NCBI RefSeq assembly: GCF_019968905.1
Contig: NZ_CP079946.1
Location: 5,921,356 to 5,985,355 of the forward strand
Reading direction: 5' to 3'
Length of the DNA stretch: 64,000 nucleotides
Source: Corallococcus sp. EGB
GTDB lineage: Bacteria > Myxococcota > Myxococcia > Myxococcales > Myxococcaceae
Below, one piece after another: positions 28,480 through 38,127 of the stretch. The notes under the pieces were generated by a model. The model made no database searches. It was given only the letters and a program-made list of their open reading frames with translations, and was not told where the DNA came from. How positions within the stretch are numbered: the first letter of the stretch is position 1; every line of letters starts with the position of its first letter. Made by a program: the position numbers and the translations under genes.

Positions 28480-28875
28480 ATGGCACGCACGTTCCAGGTG
28501 GGAGACACCTTCACGCACGTCCGCCAGTGCGACCGGCTGCGGCCGGTCTATTACGCGGGCGCTTCCGGGGACTACAACCCCATCCACATCGACCCGGAGG
28601 TGGGCAGACTGGCCGGCTTCAACGGCGTCATCCTCCAGGGGCTCTGCACGCTGGGCTGGGCCGTGGAGGCCGTGGCCGCCTTCGTGGGGGACCCGGGGCT
28701 CGTGCGCCGTGTGAAGGTGCGCTTCTCCCGGCCCGTGCTGCCCGAGGACACCGTCACCTTCCAGGGCCGCGTCACCGCCATCGCGGACGGCCGGCTCACC
28801 ACGGAAGTCACCGCCACCAACCAGCGCGGCGAGCCCGTCCTCCGGGGCGCCGTCGTGGAAACCTCGCTCGGATAG
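28480..28875 (+). CDS. MaoC-like (R)-specific hydratase/dehydratase, the catalytic hotdog subunit
   Basis: YAGASGDYNPIHIDPEVGRLAGF is the hydratase-2 catalytic motif. Confidence 0.8.
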   Translation: MARTFQVGDTFTHVRQCDRLRPVYYAGASGDYNPIHIDPEVGRLAGFNGVILQGLCTLGWAVEAVAAFVGDPGLVRRVKVRFSRPVLPEDTVTFQGRVTAIADGRLTTEVTATNQRGEPVLRGAVVETSLG

Positions 28876-28877
28876 CC

Positions 28878-29360
28878 ATGGCCCTGGACCCCAAGTTCGT
28901 CGGCCGTGCCTACGGCCCCTTCACCTACGAAGTCGGCCTGGAGAAGCTGCGCGAGTTCTCCCTCATCCTCGGCGGCTCCGTGCCCTCCGCGGGCACCTTC
29001 GGTGAGCCTCCGGCGCACGTGAGCCCCCTGCTCTATTCGCGGGAGGCGGCCCAGGCGGGCCCGTATGGCGACGTCATCGCCTTCCCCAGCTTCGCGGTGG
29101 TCTTCGCCATCCGCCCCTTCAGCGCCGCCATCGCGGACCCGGAGCTGGGCGTGGACCGCGTGCGGCTGGTGCACGGTGAGCAGGAGCTGGAGTTCCTGGA
29201 CGTGATTCGCCCCGGGGATGTGCTCACCACCACGGGCTCCATCACGGAGCTCTATCGCAAGGCGGGCATGGACTTCCTCGTCGTCACCACGGAGACGCGC
29301 AACGCGAAGGGAGAGCCCGTGGTGCGCGGCGTGTGGACGGCCGTCATCCGCCCCGCGTGA
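28878..29360 (+). CDS. MaoC-N-like hotdog protein, the non-catalytic partner of the adjacent dehydratase (HadA/HadB-like pair)
   Basis: 160 aa. It starts 3 nt after the previous stop. Hotdog-like composition without the catalytic D..H motif. Confidence 0.65.
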   Translation: MALDPKFVGRAYGPFTYEVGLEKLREFSLILGGSVPSAGTFGEPPAHVSPLLYSREAAQAGPYGDVIAFPSFAVVFAIRPFSAAIADPELGVDRVRLVHGEQELEFLDVIRPGDVLTTTGSITELYRKAGMDFLVVTTETRNAKGEPVVRGVWTAVIRPA

Positions 29361-29381
29361 CGCCCAGGGCAGCGTCGCGGC

Positions 29382-30167
29382 CTACTCGCCGGGGGCGATG
29401 ATGCCCTCGTCGAGCAGCTGCGCGAGGATGCGCGCAGTGTCCAGCCGCGACATGCCGGACAGCGCGAACAGGTCGTCGAAGCTCACCGCGCCGTCAATCT
29501 GGGCCAGCACGAAGCCCGCGCGGTGGTCCAGGTTGAGCCAGATGATGTCGTCCGGCTGAAGCCGGACGCGCGGCATGCGGTTCAGGTCCCCCAGCCGGGC
29601 CTCCAGCATGGACATCAGGATGCGCTCGCTGCGGTCGCGCAGCGCCTCCACGCGCGGGTTCTCCGGCGCCAGGGACTGGGCCCGGCGCAAGAGCTCCACC
29701 GCGCCGGAGTGGTCATCCAGCGCCAGCAGGTCCTCCGCGCCGCGCAGCAGGCGCTCCACCTCCGAGCCCTCCGGCAGTCCGCCCACCGGAGCGAAGGTGT
29801 CCGGCAGGCCGAACTCCTGCGTGCGGTGCGCCTCCGCGAGCAGGTCCAACGCGTCGCCGCGCATCCCCGTGCCTTCCGGCAGGCTCACGGATTCACGCAG
29901 GGGCTCTTCCACCGGGCCCGGCGTGGAGGGGCCAGCCCAGGCGCCCCAGTCCACTTCCTGCTCCGGGTTCGCCAGGTTCCACCCGGTGTCCCCTCCCGCG
30001 GCCCCCGGCTCCGGCGAACCGTCCCGCCCCAGCAGCCGGCGGGCGCGGACGTTGTCCGGATCCAGCTCCAGGGCCCGGGCGAACAGCCTCTCCGCGCCGG
30101 CCGTGTCGCCACTCAGTCGCAAGAGCAGCCCGGCTTCAACGAGCGCCTTGGCCCGGAGCGCGTTCAT
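29382..30167 (-). CDS. TPR-like hypothetical protein with a C-terminal domain related to the N-terminus of the J-protein two genes upstream
   Basis: The N-terminus ALVEAGLLLRLSGDTAGAERLFARALELDPDNVRARRLL is TPR-like. The C-terminal GFVLAQIDGAVSFDDLFALSGMSRLDTARILAQLLDEGII resembles SVLALVGRVERIDAVLSRSSLGEARTIAVLLSLRAKGAI of the 32037-33356 gene. Confidence 0.6.
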   Translation of the reverse strand: MNALRAKALVEAGLLLRLSGDTAGAERLFARALELDPDNVRARRLLGRDGSPEPGAAGGDTGWNLANPEQEVDWGAWAGPSTPGPVEEPLRESVSLPEGTGMRGDALDLLAEAHRTQEFGLPDTFAPVGGLPEGSEVERLLRGAEDLLALDDHSGAVELLRRAQSLAPENPRVEALRDRSERILMSMLEARLGDLNRMPRVRLQPDDIIWLNLDHRAGFVLAQIDGAVSFDDLFALSGMSRLDTARILAQLLDEGIIAPGE

Positions 30168-30170
30168 GGG

Positions 30171-32018
30171 CTACCTCCCCGGCGTCCCGCGCCCGCCCGC
30201 CGAGCGCAACAGCGGCAGGCTCTGGGCCAGGGACTCGCAGGCGCGGGTGAGCGCGCCCACGTCCTCGCCGCCGCGCGCCTGGCGCGCATGGTCCAGCGCG
30301 GCCTCCGCGCGGGCGACGACGTCGGGTGACAGGCCGCCGGCGCCGGGCATGAGCCGCACGCGGGACAGCGCGTCCACCACGTCGCGGGCGAGGATGTCCA
30401 GCTCCATGCGCTTGGACTTCAGCTCCTCCGTGTTGCGCGCGGCCACCAGCCAGTCGCGCTGCTCGTCCATGATGCGGCGCAGCTCGTCCTCGGTGAGGCC
30501 GCTGGAGGCGGTGACGGTGATGGACTGGCGCAGGCCCGTGTCGCGGTCTCGCGCGGACACCGACACGATGCCCTCCGCGTTGATGTCGAACGTCACCTCG
30601 ATTTCGACCTGTCCTCGCGGCGCCTCGCGCAGGCCGGTGAGGAGGAACTCGCCCAGCAGCTCGTTGTGGTGCGCGAGCTCGTGCTCGCCCTGGAGCACCA
30701 TGATCTTCACCGTGCGCTGGAAGTCCTTGGAGGTGGCGAACACGTCCGTGGCGGACGTGGGCACGGTGGTGTTGCGAGGGATCAGCCGCCTCACGTAGCC
30801 GCCCGCGATGGCCACGCCCATGCTCTGGGGCGTGACGTCCAGGAGGAGCAGCTCGCTCTGCTGGCCCACCAGCGCGTGTGCCTGGATGGCGGCGCCCAGG
30901 GCCACCACCTCCTCCGCGTGCACGCCCTTGCAGGGCTCGCGGCGGAAGTACTGGCGCACCTGCTCCACGATGCGGGGCATGCGCGACATGCCCCCCACCA
31001 GGATGACCTCCTTCAGGTCCGAGGGGCGCACCTTCGCCTCGCCCAGCACCTCCGACGTGATGCCCACCAGGCGCTCACCCAGGTCGTTGGTGAGCTCCTC
31101 CAGCTTCTCGCGGGTGAGCGTGGACTGCAGGTGCAGCGCGGCGCCTCCGCCCGGCGGCGTGCAGATGAAGGGCAGGTGCACCTGCGTCTCCTTCACCGAC
31201 GACAGCTCCACCTTCGCCTTCTCCGCGGCGTCCTTCAGCCGCTGCAGCGCCATGCGGTCCTTGCGCAGGTCGATGCCGTGCTCCTTGGCGAAGCCGAACA
31301 CCATCCACTCGATGATGCGCTGGTCCCAATCCTCGCCGCCGAGGAAGGTGTCACCGCCGGTGGCCACCACGTCGAAGACGCCGTTGTTGATCTCCAGCAC
31401 CGACACGTCGAAGGTGCCGCCGCCCAGGTCCAGCACGGCGATCTTCCCGTTCACCGTGCGGCCGAAGCCGTAGGCCAGCGCCGCCGCGGTGGGCTCGTTG
31501 ATGATGCGCAGGACGTCCAGCCCCGCGATGCGGCCCGCGTCCTTGGTGGCCTGGCGCTGGCCGTCGTTGAAGTAGGCCGGAACTGTGATGACGGCCTGGG
31601 TGACGGGCCGGCCGAAGTGCGCCTCCGCGTCCGCCTTCAGCTCCGCCAAGATCATGGCGCTGACCTCCGGCACGGCGAGGTCGCGGCCCGCCAGCCGGAT
31701 GCGCACGTCGTCGTGCTGGCCGCCCACCACCTGGTACGTGAGCGCGCGCAGCGCGTCCTGCACCGGGTGCGAGGAGAACTTACGGCCGATGAGGCGCTTG
31801 GCCGCGGACACCGTCTCCTGCGGGTTGGTGATGGCCTGCCGCTTGGCGATGCTCCCCACCAGCCGCTTGCCGTTCTTCGACACGGCCACCACGGACGGGG
31901 TGAGGGCCTGGCCGGTGCGGTTCTTGATGATGATGGGCTGACCGTCCTGCACCGTGGCGACGAGGCTGTTCGTCGTCCCCAGGTCGATGCCGATCAGCGG
32001 TTCGGGCTCAGCAGCCAT
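30171..32018 (-). CDS. Hsp70-family chaperone (DnaK paralog)
   Basis: IGIDLGTTNSLVA...VPAYFNDGQRQATKDAGRIAGLDV...DLGGGTFDVS are the Hsp70 signature motifs. It is full length, including a substrate-binding domain. Confidence 0.9.
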   Translation of the reverse strand: MAAEPEPLIGIDLGTTNSLVATVQDGQPIIIKNRTGQALTPSVVAVSKNGKRLVGSIAKRQAITNPQETVSAAKRLIGRKFSSHPVQDALRALTYQVVGGQHDDVRIRLAGRDLAVPEVSAMILAELKADAEAHFGRPVTQAVITVPAYFNDGQRQATKDAGRIAGLDVLRIINEPTAAALAYGFGRTVNGKIAVLDLGGGTFDVSVLEINNGVFDVVATGGDTFLGGEDWDQRIIEWMVFGFAKEHGIDLRKDRMALQRLKDAAEKAKVELSSVKETQVHLPFICTPPGGGAALHLQSTLTREKLEELTNDLGERLVGITSEVLGEAKVRPSDLKEVILVGGMSRMPRIVEQVRQYFRREPCKGVHAEEVVALGAAIQAHALVGQQSELLLLDVTPQSMGVAIAGGYVRRLIPRNTTVPTSATDVFATSKDFQRTVKIMVLQGEHELAHHNELLGEFLLTGLREAPRGQVEIEVTFDINAEGIVSVSARDRDTGLRQSITVTASSGLTEDELRRIMDEQRDWLVAARNTEELKSKRMELDILARDVVDALSRVRLMPGAGGLSPDVVARAEAALDHARQARGGEDVGALTRACESLAQSLPLLRSAGGRGTPGR

Positions 32019-32036
32019 GGGGACGCATGCACCTCA

Positions 32037-33356
32037 TCACGTGAACGTCCAGCGCAGCTTCTTGAGGGCGGCGCGAGCGTCTGCGTTGTCCGGGTCCAGG
32101 CGCACGACCTCTTCGAAGTGGTGCTTGGCCTGCTTCTTCTGACCTGCCACCAGGAGCAGCTGGGCCAGGAGCAACTGGTAGTCCGCCCGCCCCGGCTTGA
32201 GCTCCACCGCGCGCTGCGCGAGCTTCAGCACCTCCTGCGCGTCCTGCGTCAGCTCCCGTCCGACGCGCGCCGCCTGGAAGGCCGCCTCCGGGTTGTCCGG
32301 GTTGAGCGACACGGCCAGCTTGTAGGCCGCCTGCGCTCCGGCGAAGTCCCCGCTCATCTCCAATTGCTGGCCGCGCTCCACCTCCGCCTGCGCGCGCGAC
32401 AGGTCGTGCTTGCGGCGCGCCTCCATCAGCAGCTGCGTGACCTCGCGGTTCTTCGGGTCCAGGCCCAGCACGTGGTTGAAGTCCTGGTAGGCCCGCTCGA
32501 AGTCGCCGCGCGCGGTGGCCGCCTTGCCCCGGGCGATGAGCTCCGTGAGCTTGTGGCTGCGCGCCATGTACGGGTGGCGCGCGAGGCGGGCCTGCCGCTC
32601 GGCGCGGCGGGCCTCGGACTCCGGATCCTCCGGGGGCGCGACGGGGGGCGGCGCCGGAGCGGCCGGGGGCGTCACCGCCGCGAAGCCACTGCCGGACACC
32701 GTGCGAGCCGGGGCCGTCACCGCCGCGAAGCCGCTGCCGGACACCGTGCGCCCGGCCGGGGGCGGCGTGGGCGGGCGCGCGGCCGGAGGCGGCGGCGTGG
32801 GAGGGCGCGGTGGCTCCTGACGGCTGAGGGCGTTGTGGGCGTCCGTGAGGCGCTTGAAGATGCGCTCCAGCCGGGCGCGGAAGCTGCCCAGGTTCTTGCC
32901 GAAGTAGCGGTCCGGGTGGAAGCGGCGGGACGCGTTGTAATACGCCTGCTTCACCTCCTGCGGGGACGCGCCTCGAGCCACGCCCAGCACCGCGTGGTGG
33001 TCCATCCCGTCCAGCGAGCGCTCCATCTCGATGATGTCGCGCTTCTGCTCGGGATCCAGGTCCACCTCCTCCGCCATGGCGGCGTCCACCACGGGAGCGG
33101 CGGGCGGGGCGCGCTGCACCACCCGGGCGGGCACGATGGCCCCCTTGGCGCGCAGCGACAGCAGCACGGCGATGGTACGCGCCTCGCCCAGCGAGGAGCG
33201 GGAAAGCACGGCGTCGATGCGTTCGACACGGCCCACCAGCGCCAGCACCGAGCCCTCCTCCGGGCTGAGCTGGAGACGGGCCGGGTCCAGGTGGGGCACC
33301 GTGGCGATGTGGTCGGTCCTGCCCCCCAGGCCGACGATGGGGTTGGGCGCGCTCAA
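32037..33356 (-). CDS. J-domain (DnaJ-like) protein with an N-terminal DUF4388-like domain, a Pro-rich tandem repeat and C-terminal TPR repeats
   Basis: The J domain is HHAVLGVARGASPQEVKQAYYNASRRFHPDRY. The TPR region is ...GDFERAYQDFNHVLGLDPKN...AYKLAVSLNPDNPEA...VVRLDPDNADA. Confidence 0.8.
   Translation of the reverse strand: MSAPNPIVGLGGRTDHIATVPHLDPARLQLSPEEGSVLALVGRVERIDAVLSRSSLGEARTIAVLLSLRAKGAIVPARVVQRAPPAAPVVDAAMAEEVDLDPEQKRDIIEMERSLDGMDHHAVLGVARGASPQEVKQAYYNASRRFHPDRYFGKNLGSFRARLERIFKRLTDAHNALSRQEPPRPPTPPPPAARPPTPPPAGRTVSGSGFAAVTAPARTVSGSGFAAVTPPAAPAPPPVAPPEDPESEARRAERQARLARHPYMARSHKLTELIARGKAATARGDFERAYQDFNHVLGLDPKNREVTQLLMEARRKHDLSRAQAEVERGQQLEMSGDFAGAQAAYKLAVSLNPDNPEAAFQAARVGRELTQDAQEVLKLAQRAVELKPGRADYQLLLAQLLLVAGQKKQAKHHFEEVVRLDPDNADARAALKKLRWTFT
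32671..32760 (-). repeat. 2 x 45-nt near-perfect tandem repeat inside the J-protein gene (encodes RTVSGSGFAAVT(A/P)PA twice)
   Basis: gtcaccgccgcgaagcc(a/g)ctgccggacaccgtgcg... occurs twice in direct tandem. Confidence 0.8.
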
Positions 33357-33448
33357 GGTGTCAGTTTCCCAGGCTGGCGAATCCCCAAGTGTAGGTGCCC
33401 GGGAAGCAAGGCGTCAAACGTTCCCGGGTCCCCGAAACCCCTCATCTG

Positions 33449-34672
33449 CTACAGCGCGGAGAGGACGTGCTGGAGGATTCCCAGCGCTTCGTCGAGTTCC
33501 TGTTTCGTGATGATGAGCGGCGGCGCGAACCGCAGGGTGACCTCTCCCGCGGAGTTCACCAGCAATCCGGCTTCACGCAGCTTCGCGATGACGGGGGCGA
33601 CGTCCCGATCCAGCTCCACGCCCAGGAGCAGCCCCTGTCCGCGCACGGCCTTGATGCGCCCTTCCGGCAGCGAGGCCTGGAGCGCGCGCGCGCCGGCGAG
33701 GAAGTGCTCGCCCTTGGCCTGGACGTCGGAGAGGAAGCCGGGCGCGCCCATGATCCGCAGCACCACGTTGCCCGCGGCGGCGGACACCAGGTTGCCGCCG
33801 AACGTGGAGCCGTGGGTGCCCGGGGAGAGGCTGACCGCCAGCTCCTCGCGGCACAGCATGGCGCCCATGGGCAGCCCGTTGCCGAGCGCCTTCGCGACGC
33901 TGATCGCGTCCGGTCGGATGCCGTGGTGCATGAAGCCGAAGGGCTGGCCGGTGCGGCCCATGCCCGTCTGGACCTCGTCCACGAGCAGCAGGAGGCCCGT
34001 CTCGTCACAGAGGGCGCGCAGGCCCTTGAGGAACTCCGGGGGCGCCATGCGCACGCCGCCCTCACCCTGGATGGGCTCCACGAGGATGGCGGCGGTGGAC
34101 GGCCCCACGGCGCGGCGCACCGCCTCCAGGTCACCGAAGGGCAGGTGCCGGAAGCCCTGGGGCAGCGGCTCGAAGCCGGCGTGGTACTTCGGCTGGCCCG
34201 TGGCGGTGACGGTGGCCAGCGTGCGGCCGTGGAAGCTCTTCTCGAAGGAGAGGATCTCGAAGCGCTCGGGCGTGCCCCGGTCCTTCATCACCTTGCGGGT
34301 GAGCTTGATGAGGGCCTCGTTGGCCTCCGCGCCGGAGTTGCAGAAGAACGCGCGCGGCAGGCCGGCCCATTCAGTCAGGCGCGTGGCCAGGTCGATCTGC
34401 GGCTGCGAGTAGAAGACGTTGGAGACGTGCCACAGCGTGTCCAGCTGCGCCTTCGCCGCCGCGACGACCTCCGGGTGGCAGTGGCCCAGGGCGCACACCG
34501 CGATGCCGCCAATGCAGTCCAGGTACGCCTTGCCATCCGCGTCCCACACCCGGGTCCCCTGCCCACGCACCAGGGCAATGGGCTGCTGCTTGTAGTTCTG
34601 CACCAGGTGCTGCTTCGCCTGCTGGATGAGGGCTTCGTTGCCAGGGGCGGCTGCGGGGGACGGCGTTTGCAA
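33449..34672 (-). CDS. argD: acetylornithine/succinylornithine aminotransferase (class III PLP)
   Basis: ...LVRGQGTRVWDADGKAYLDCIGGIAVCALGHCHP...FFCNSGAEANE...LLLVDEVQTGMGRTG...SVAKALGNGLP. The start is a probable TTG at 34672-34670 (MQTPSP...) with GGAAGAGAGAGG upstream. The start is uncertain. Confidence 0.85.
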   Translation of the reverse strand: MQTPSPAAAPGNEALIQQAKQHLVQNYKQQPIALVRGQGTRVWDADGKAYLDCIGGIAVCALGHCHPEVVAAAKAQLDTLWHVSNVFYSQPQIDLATRLTEWAGLPRAFFCNSGAEANEALIKLTRKVMKDRGTPERFEILSFEKSFHGRTLATVTATGQPKYHAGFEPLPQGFRHLPFGDLEAVRRAVGPSTAAILVEPIQGEGGVRMAPPEFLKGLRALCDETGLLLLVDEVQTGMGRTGQPFGFMHHGIRPDAISVAKALGNGLPMGAMLCREELAVSLSPGTHGSTFGGNLVSAAAGNVVLRIMGAPGFLSDVQAKGEHFLAGARALQASLPEGRIKAVRGQGLLLGVELDRDVAPVIAKLREAGLLVNSAGEVTLRFAPPLIITKQELDEALGILQHVLSAL

Positions 34673-34733
34673 GGTGGTGTACCTCTCTCTTCCTGATGGC
34701 GCGGTGGGACGACGCGGCGGGGACCCTAGCGCG

Positions 34734-36131
<1,398 letters not shown>

Positions 36132-36143
36132 GGGGCGGTCCTC

Positions 36144-36671
36144 TCAGAGCTCTTCGTAGGAGACGTTGGCGTTGGTGTAGACGCAGATGTCCGCCGCGAT
36201 GGCCATGGCCTGCGTGCAGATCTCACGGGCGGACAGCTGCGAGTGCGCCTGGAGGGCGCGCGCGGCGGCGAGCGCGTAGTGGCCCCCGCTGCCCACGGCG
36301 GCGATGCCGTGGTCCGGTTCGATGACGTCGCCGGCCCCGGAGAGGATGAAGGTCTTCTCCTTGTCCGCGACGATGAGCAGCGCCTCCAGGCGGCGGAGGA
36401 AGCGGTCGGTGCGCCAGTCCTTGCCCAGCTCCACGCAGGCGCGGGCCAGGTTCTTCTGGTGCTCCTTGAGCTTGGCCTCGAAGCGCTCGAAGAGCGTGAA
36501 GGCGTCCGCGGTGCTGCCCGCGAAGCCGGCGAGCACCTGCCCCTCGCCCAGCTTGCGCACCTTGCGCGCGGTGTTCTTCATGATGGTCTTGTCGAGGCTG
36601 ACCTGGCCGTCGCCCGCGATGACGACCTTCCCGTCGCGGCGAACGCAGAGGATGGTGGTGCCGTGGAACAT
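36144..36671 (-). CDS. hslV: ATP-dependent protease subunit HslV
   Basis: [25 protein letters not shown]... has the N-terminal Thr active site after Met removal. It sits immediately upstream of hslU. Confidence 0.93.
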   Translation of the reverse strand: MFHGTTILCVRRDGKVVIAGDGQVSLDKTIMKNTARKVRKLGEGQVLAGFAGSTADAFTLFERFEAKLKEHQKNLARACVELGKDWRTDRFLRRLEALLIVADKEKTFILSGAGDVIEPDHGIAAVGSGGHYALAAARALQAHSQLSAREICTQAMAIAADICVYTNANVSYEEL

Positions 36672-36750
36672 GACCGGGGGTTTAACAAGCCGGACCGCCT
36701 CCGACTCGGAAAAACCGCCTGCTTGTCCGCTCTCGCACCCTGGAGGGCGC

Positions 36751-37146
36751 TCAGGTCGCGGTCGCCGTCATCCAGCGGCGCACCAGCTTCACCAGGGCAG
36801 CCTTCTTCGCCTTGACCGTCTTCGCGTCCGGCAGCGTGACGACGCCCCGGTCCGGCGCCAGCCACTCCACCAGGCCGGAGTCATCCTCGAAGGCAAAGTC
36901 CTTCGTGCCCTTCACCTTCGCGCCCCGGTGGAGGATGACCTGGAAGATGCCCTTGGGGGCCAGGCGGAACGTGACGCGGTCGTCACCGGAGTGCACGAAG
37001 CTGGGGGCCTTCCACTTGATGCGCTCGGTGATGGCGGAGTCGGACGCCAGGATGGCCTGGCGCACGGCTTCGATCTCCGCCTTCAACGGGTGCTCGAGTT
37101 CCGCCATGAACTGTTCGACTTCGTCGCTGCGGTTCGCCATTGGCAT
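36751..37146 (-). CDS. DUF1801 (YdhG/YdeI-like) domain protein
   Basis: 131 aa. ...[31 protein letters not shown]... has a DUF1801-like pattern. The call has moderate support. Confidence 0.5.
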   Translation of the reverse strand: MPMANRSDEVEQFMAELEHPLKAEIEAVRQAILASDSAITERIKWKAPSFVHSGDDRVTFRLAPKGIFQVILHRGAKVKGTKDFAFEDDSGLVEWLAPDRGVVTLPDAKTVKAKKAALVKLVRRWMTATAT

Positions 37147-37160
37147 CCACTCTGCTCAGC

Positions 37161-38063
37161 TCACGCGCGCGGGTGCGCGGCGTCGTAGACCTCTTGCAAC
37201 TGCTCGAAGGTCACGTGGGTGTACTTCTGCGTGGTGGACAGGCTCGCGTGCCCCAGCAGCTCCTGGATGCTGCGGATGTCCGCGCCTCCGCCCAACAGGT
37301 GCGTCGCGAACGAGTGGCGCATCGCGTGCGGGCTCACCTTGCGCGCCAGGGCCAGCTTCAGCACGTACGCGTCCAGGTGCCTCGCGATGCTCCGGGGCGT
37401 GAGCCTGCCGCCGCGGAAGTTCAGGAACAGCGCGTCCGGATCCTGCCCGTCGTGCACCGTCGCCAGCAGCTCCCCGCGCCGCTGGAGATAGGCCTCCAGG
37501 CACTGGATGGCCTTCGCGTTGAGCGGCACGAGCCGCTCCTTGCTGCCCTTGCCCATCACCCGGACGATGCGGCTGCTCCGGTCCACGCCCAAGAGGTCCA
37601 GTCCGCACAGCTCGCTGATACGCAGGCCGCCGCCGTAGAGCATCTCCAGGATGGCCTTGTCGCGCAGCCCCAGCACCGTCTTCACGTCCGGCATGTCGAG
37701 GATCGCGAACACCTCCTCCACCGGCAGCACCTTGGGCAGCGACTTCGGCAGCTTGGGGCTCTTCACCAGCTTGGCCGGACTGGCGGACAACAGCTTCTGC
37801 CGCACCAGGTACTTGTAGAAGGACTTGATGCTCGCCAGCCGCCGCGCGCGGCTCGAGGGCGCGTGGTCCACCGCCAACGTGCCCAGGTACCCACGGATGG
37901 CTGCGTGCGTGCCCGCGAGCAGCGACAGCTTCATCCGCTCCACGAGGTAGCGCTCATAGTCCACCAGGTCGATGAGGTAGTTGCGCACCGTGTGCGGTGA
38001 CGCGCTCCTCTCGTTCTCGAGGTGGACCTTGAACTGCTCCAGCAGCGGGGACAGGGTCGACAT
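37161..38063 (-). CDS. xerC: tyrosine recombinase XerC
   Basis: N-terminal SAM-like core binding (SPHTVRNYLIDL), C-terminal ...HAMRHSFATHLL...GHASLSTTQKYTHV with catalytic Tyr. The xerC-hslV-hslU order is conserved. Confidence 0.88.
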   Translation of the reverse strand: MSTLSPLLEQFKVHLENERSASPHTVRNYLIDLVDYERYLVERMKLSLLAGTHAAIRGYLGTLAVDHAPSSRARRLASIKSFYKYLVRQKLLSASPAKLVKSPKLPKSLPKVLPVEEVFAILDMPDVKTVLGLRDKAILEMLYGGGLRISELCGLDLLGVDRSSRIVRVMGKGSKERLVPLNAKAIQCLEAYLQRRGELLATVHDGQDPDALFLNFRGGRLTPRSIARHLDAYVLKLALARKVSPHAMRHSFATHLLGGGADIRSIQELLGHASLSTTQKYTHVTFEQLQEVYDAAHPRA

Positions 38064-38127
38064 GGTCGGGGAAGCCTAGGGGCCTCCCCGAGCCTCGCAA
38101 GATTCGCGTCGCGCCGCGAGCCCGCTG

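Noticed and set aside
30666-34412. 1248-aa plus-strand ORF antisense to the Hsp70, J-protein and argD genes
   Set aside because: Hsp70 and ArgD signatures on the minus strand are unambiguous. The plus-strand translation is His/Arg/Leu/Gly-rich nonsense
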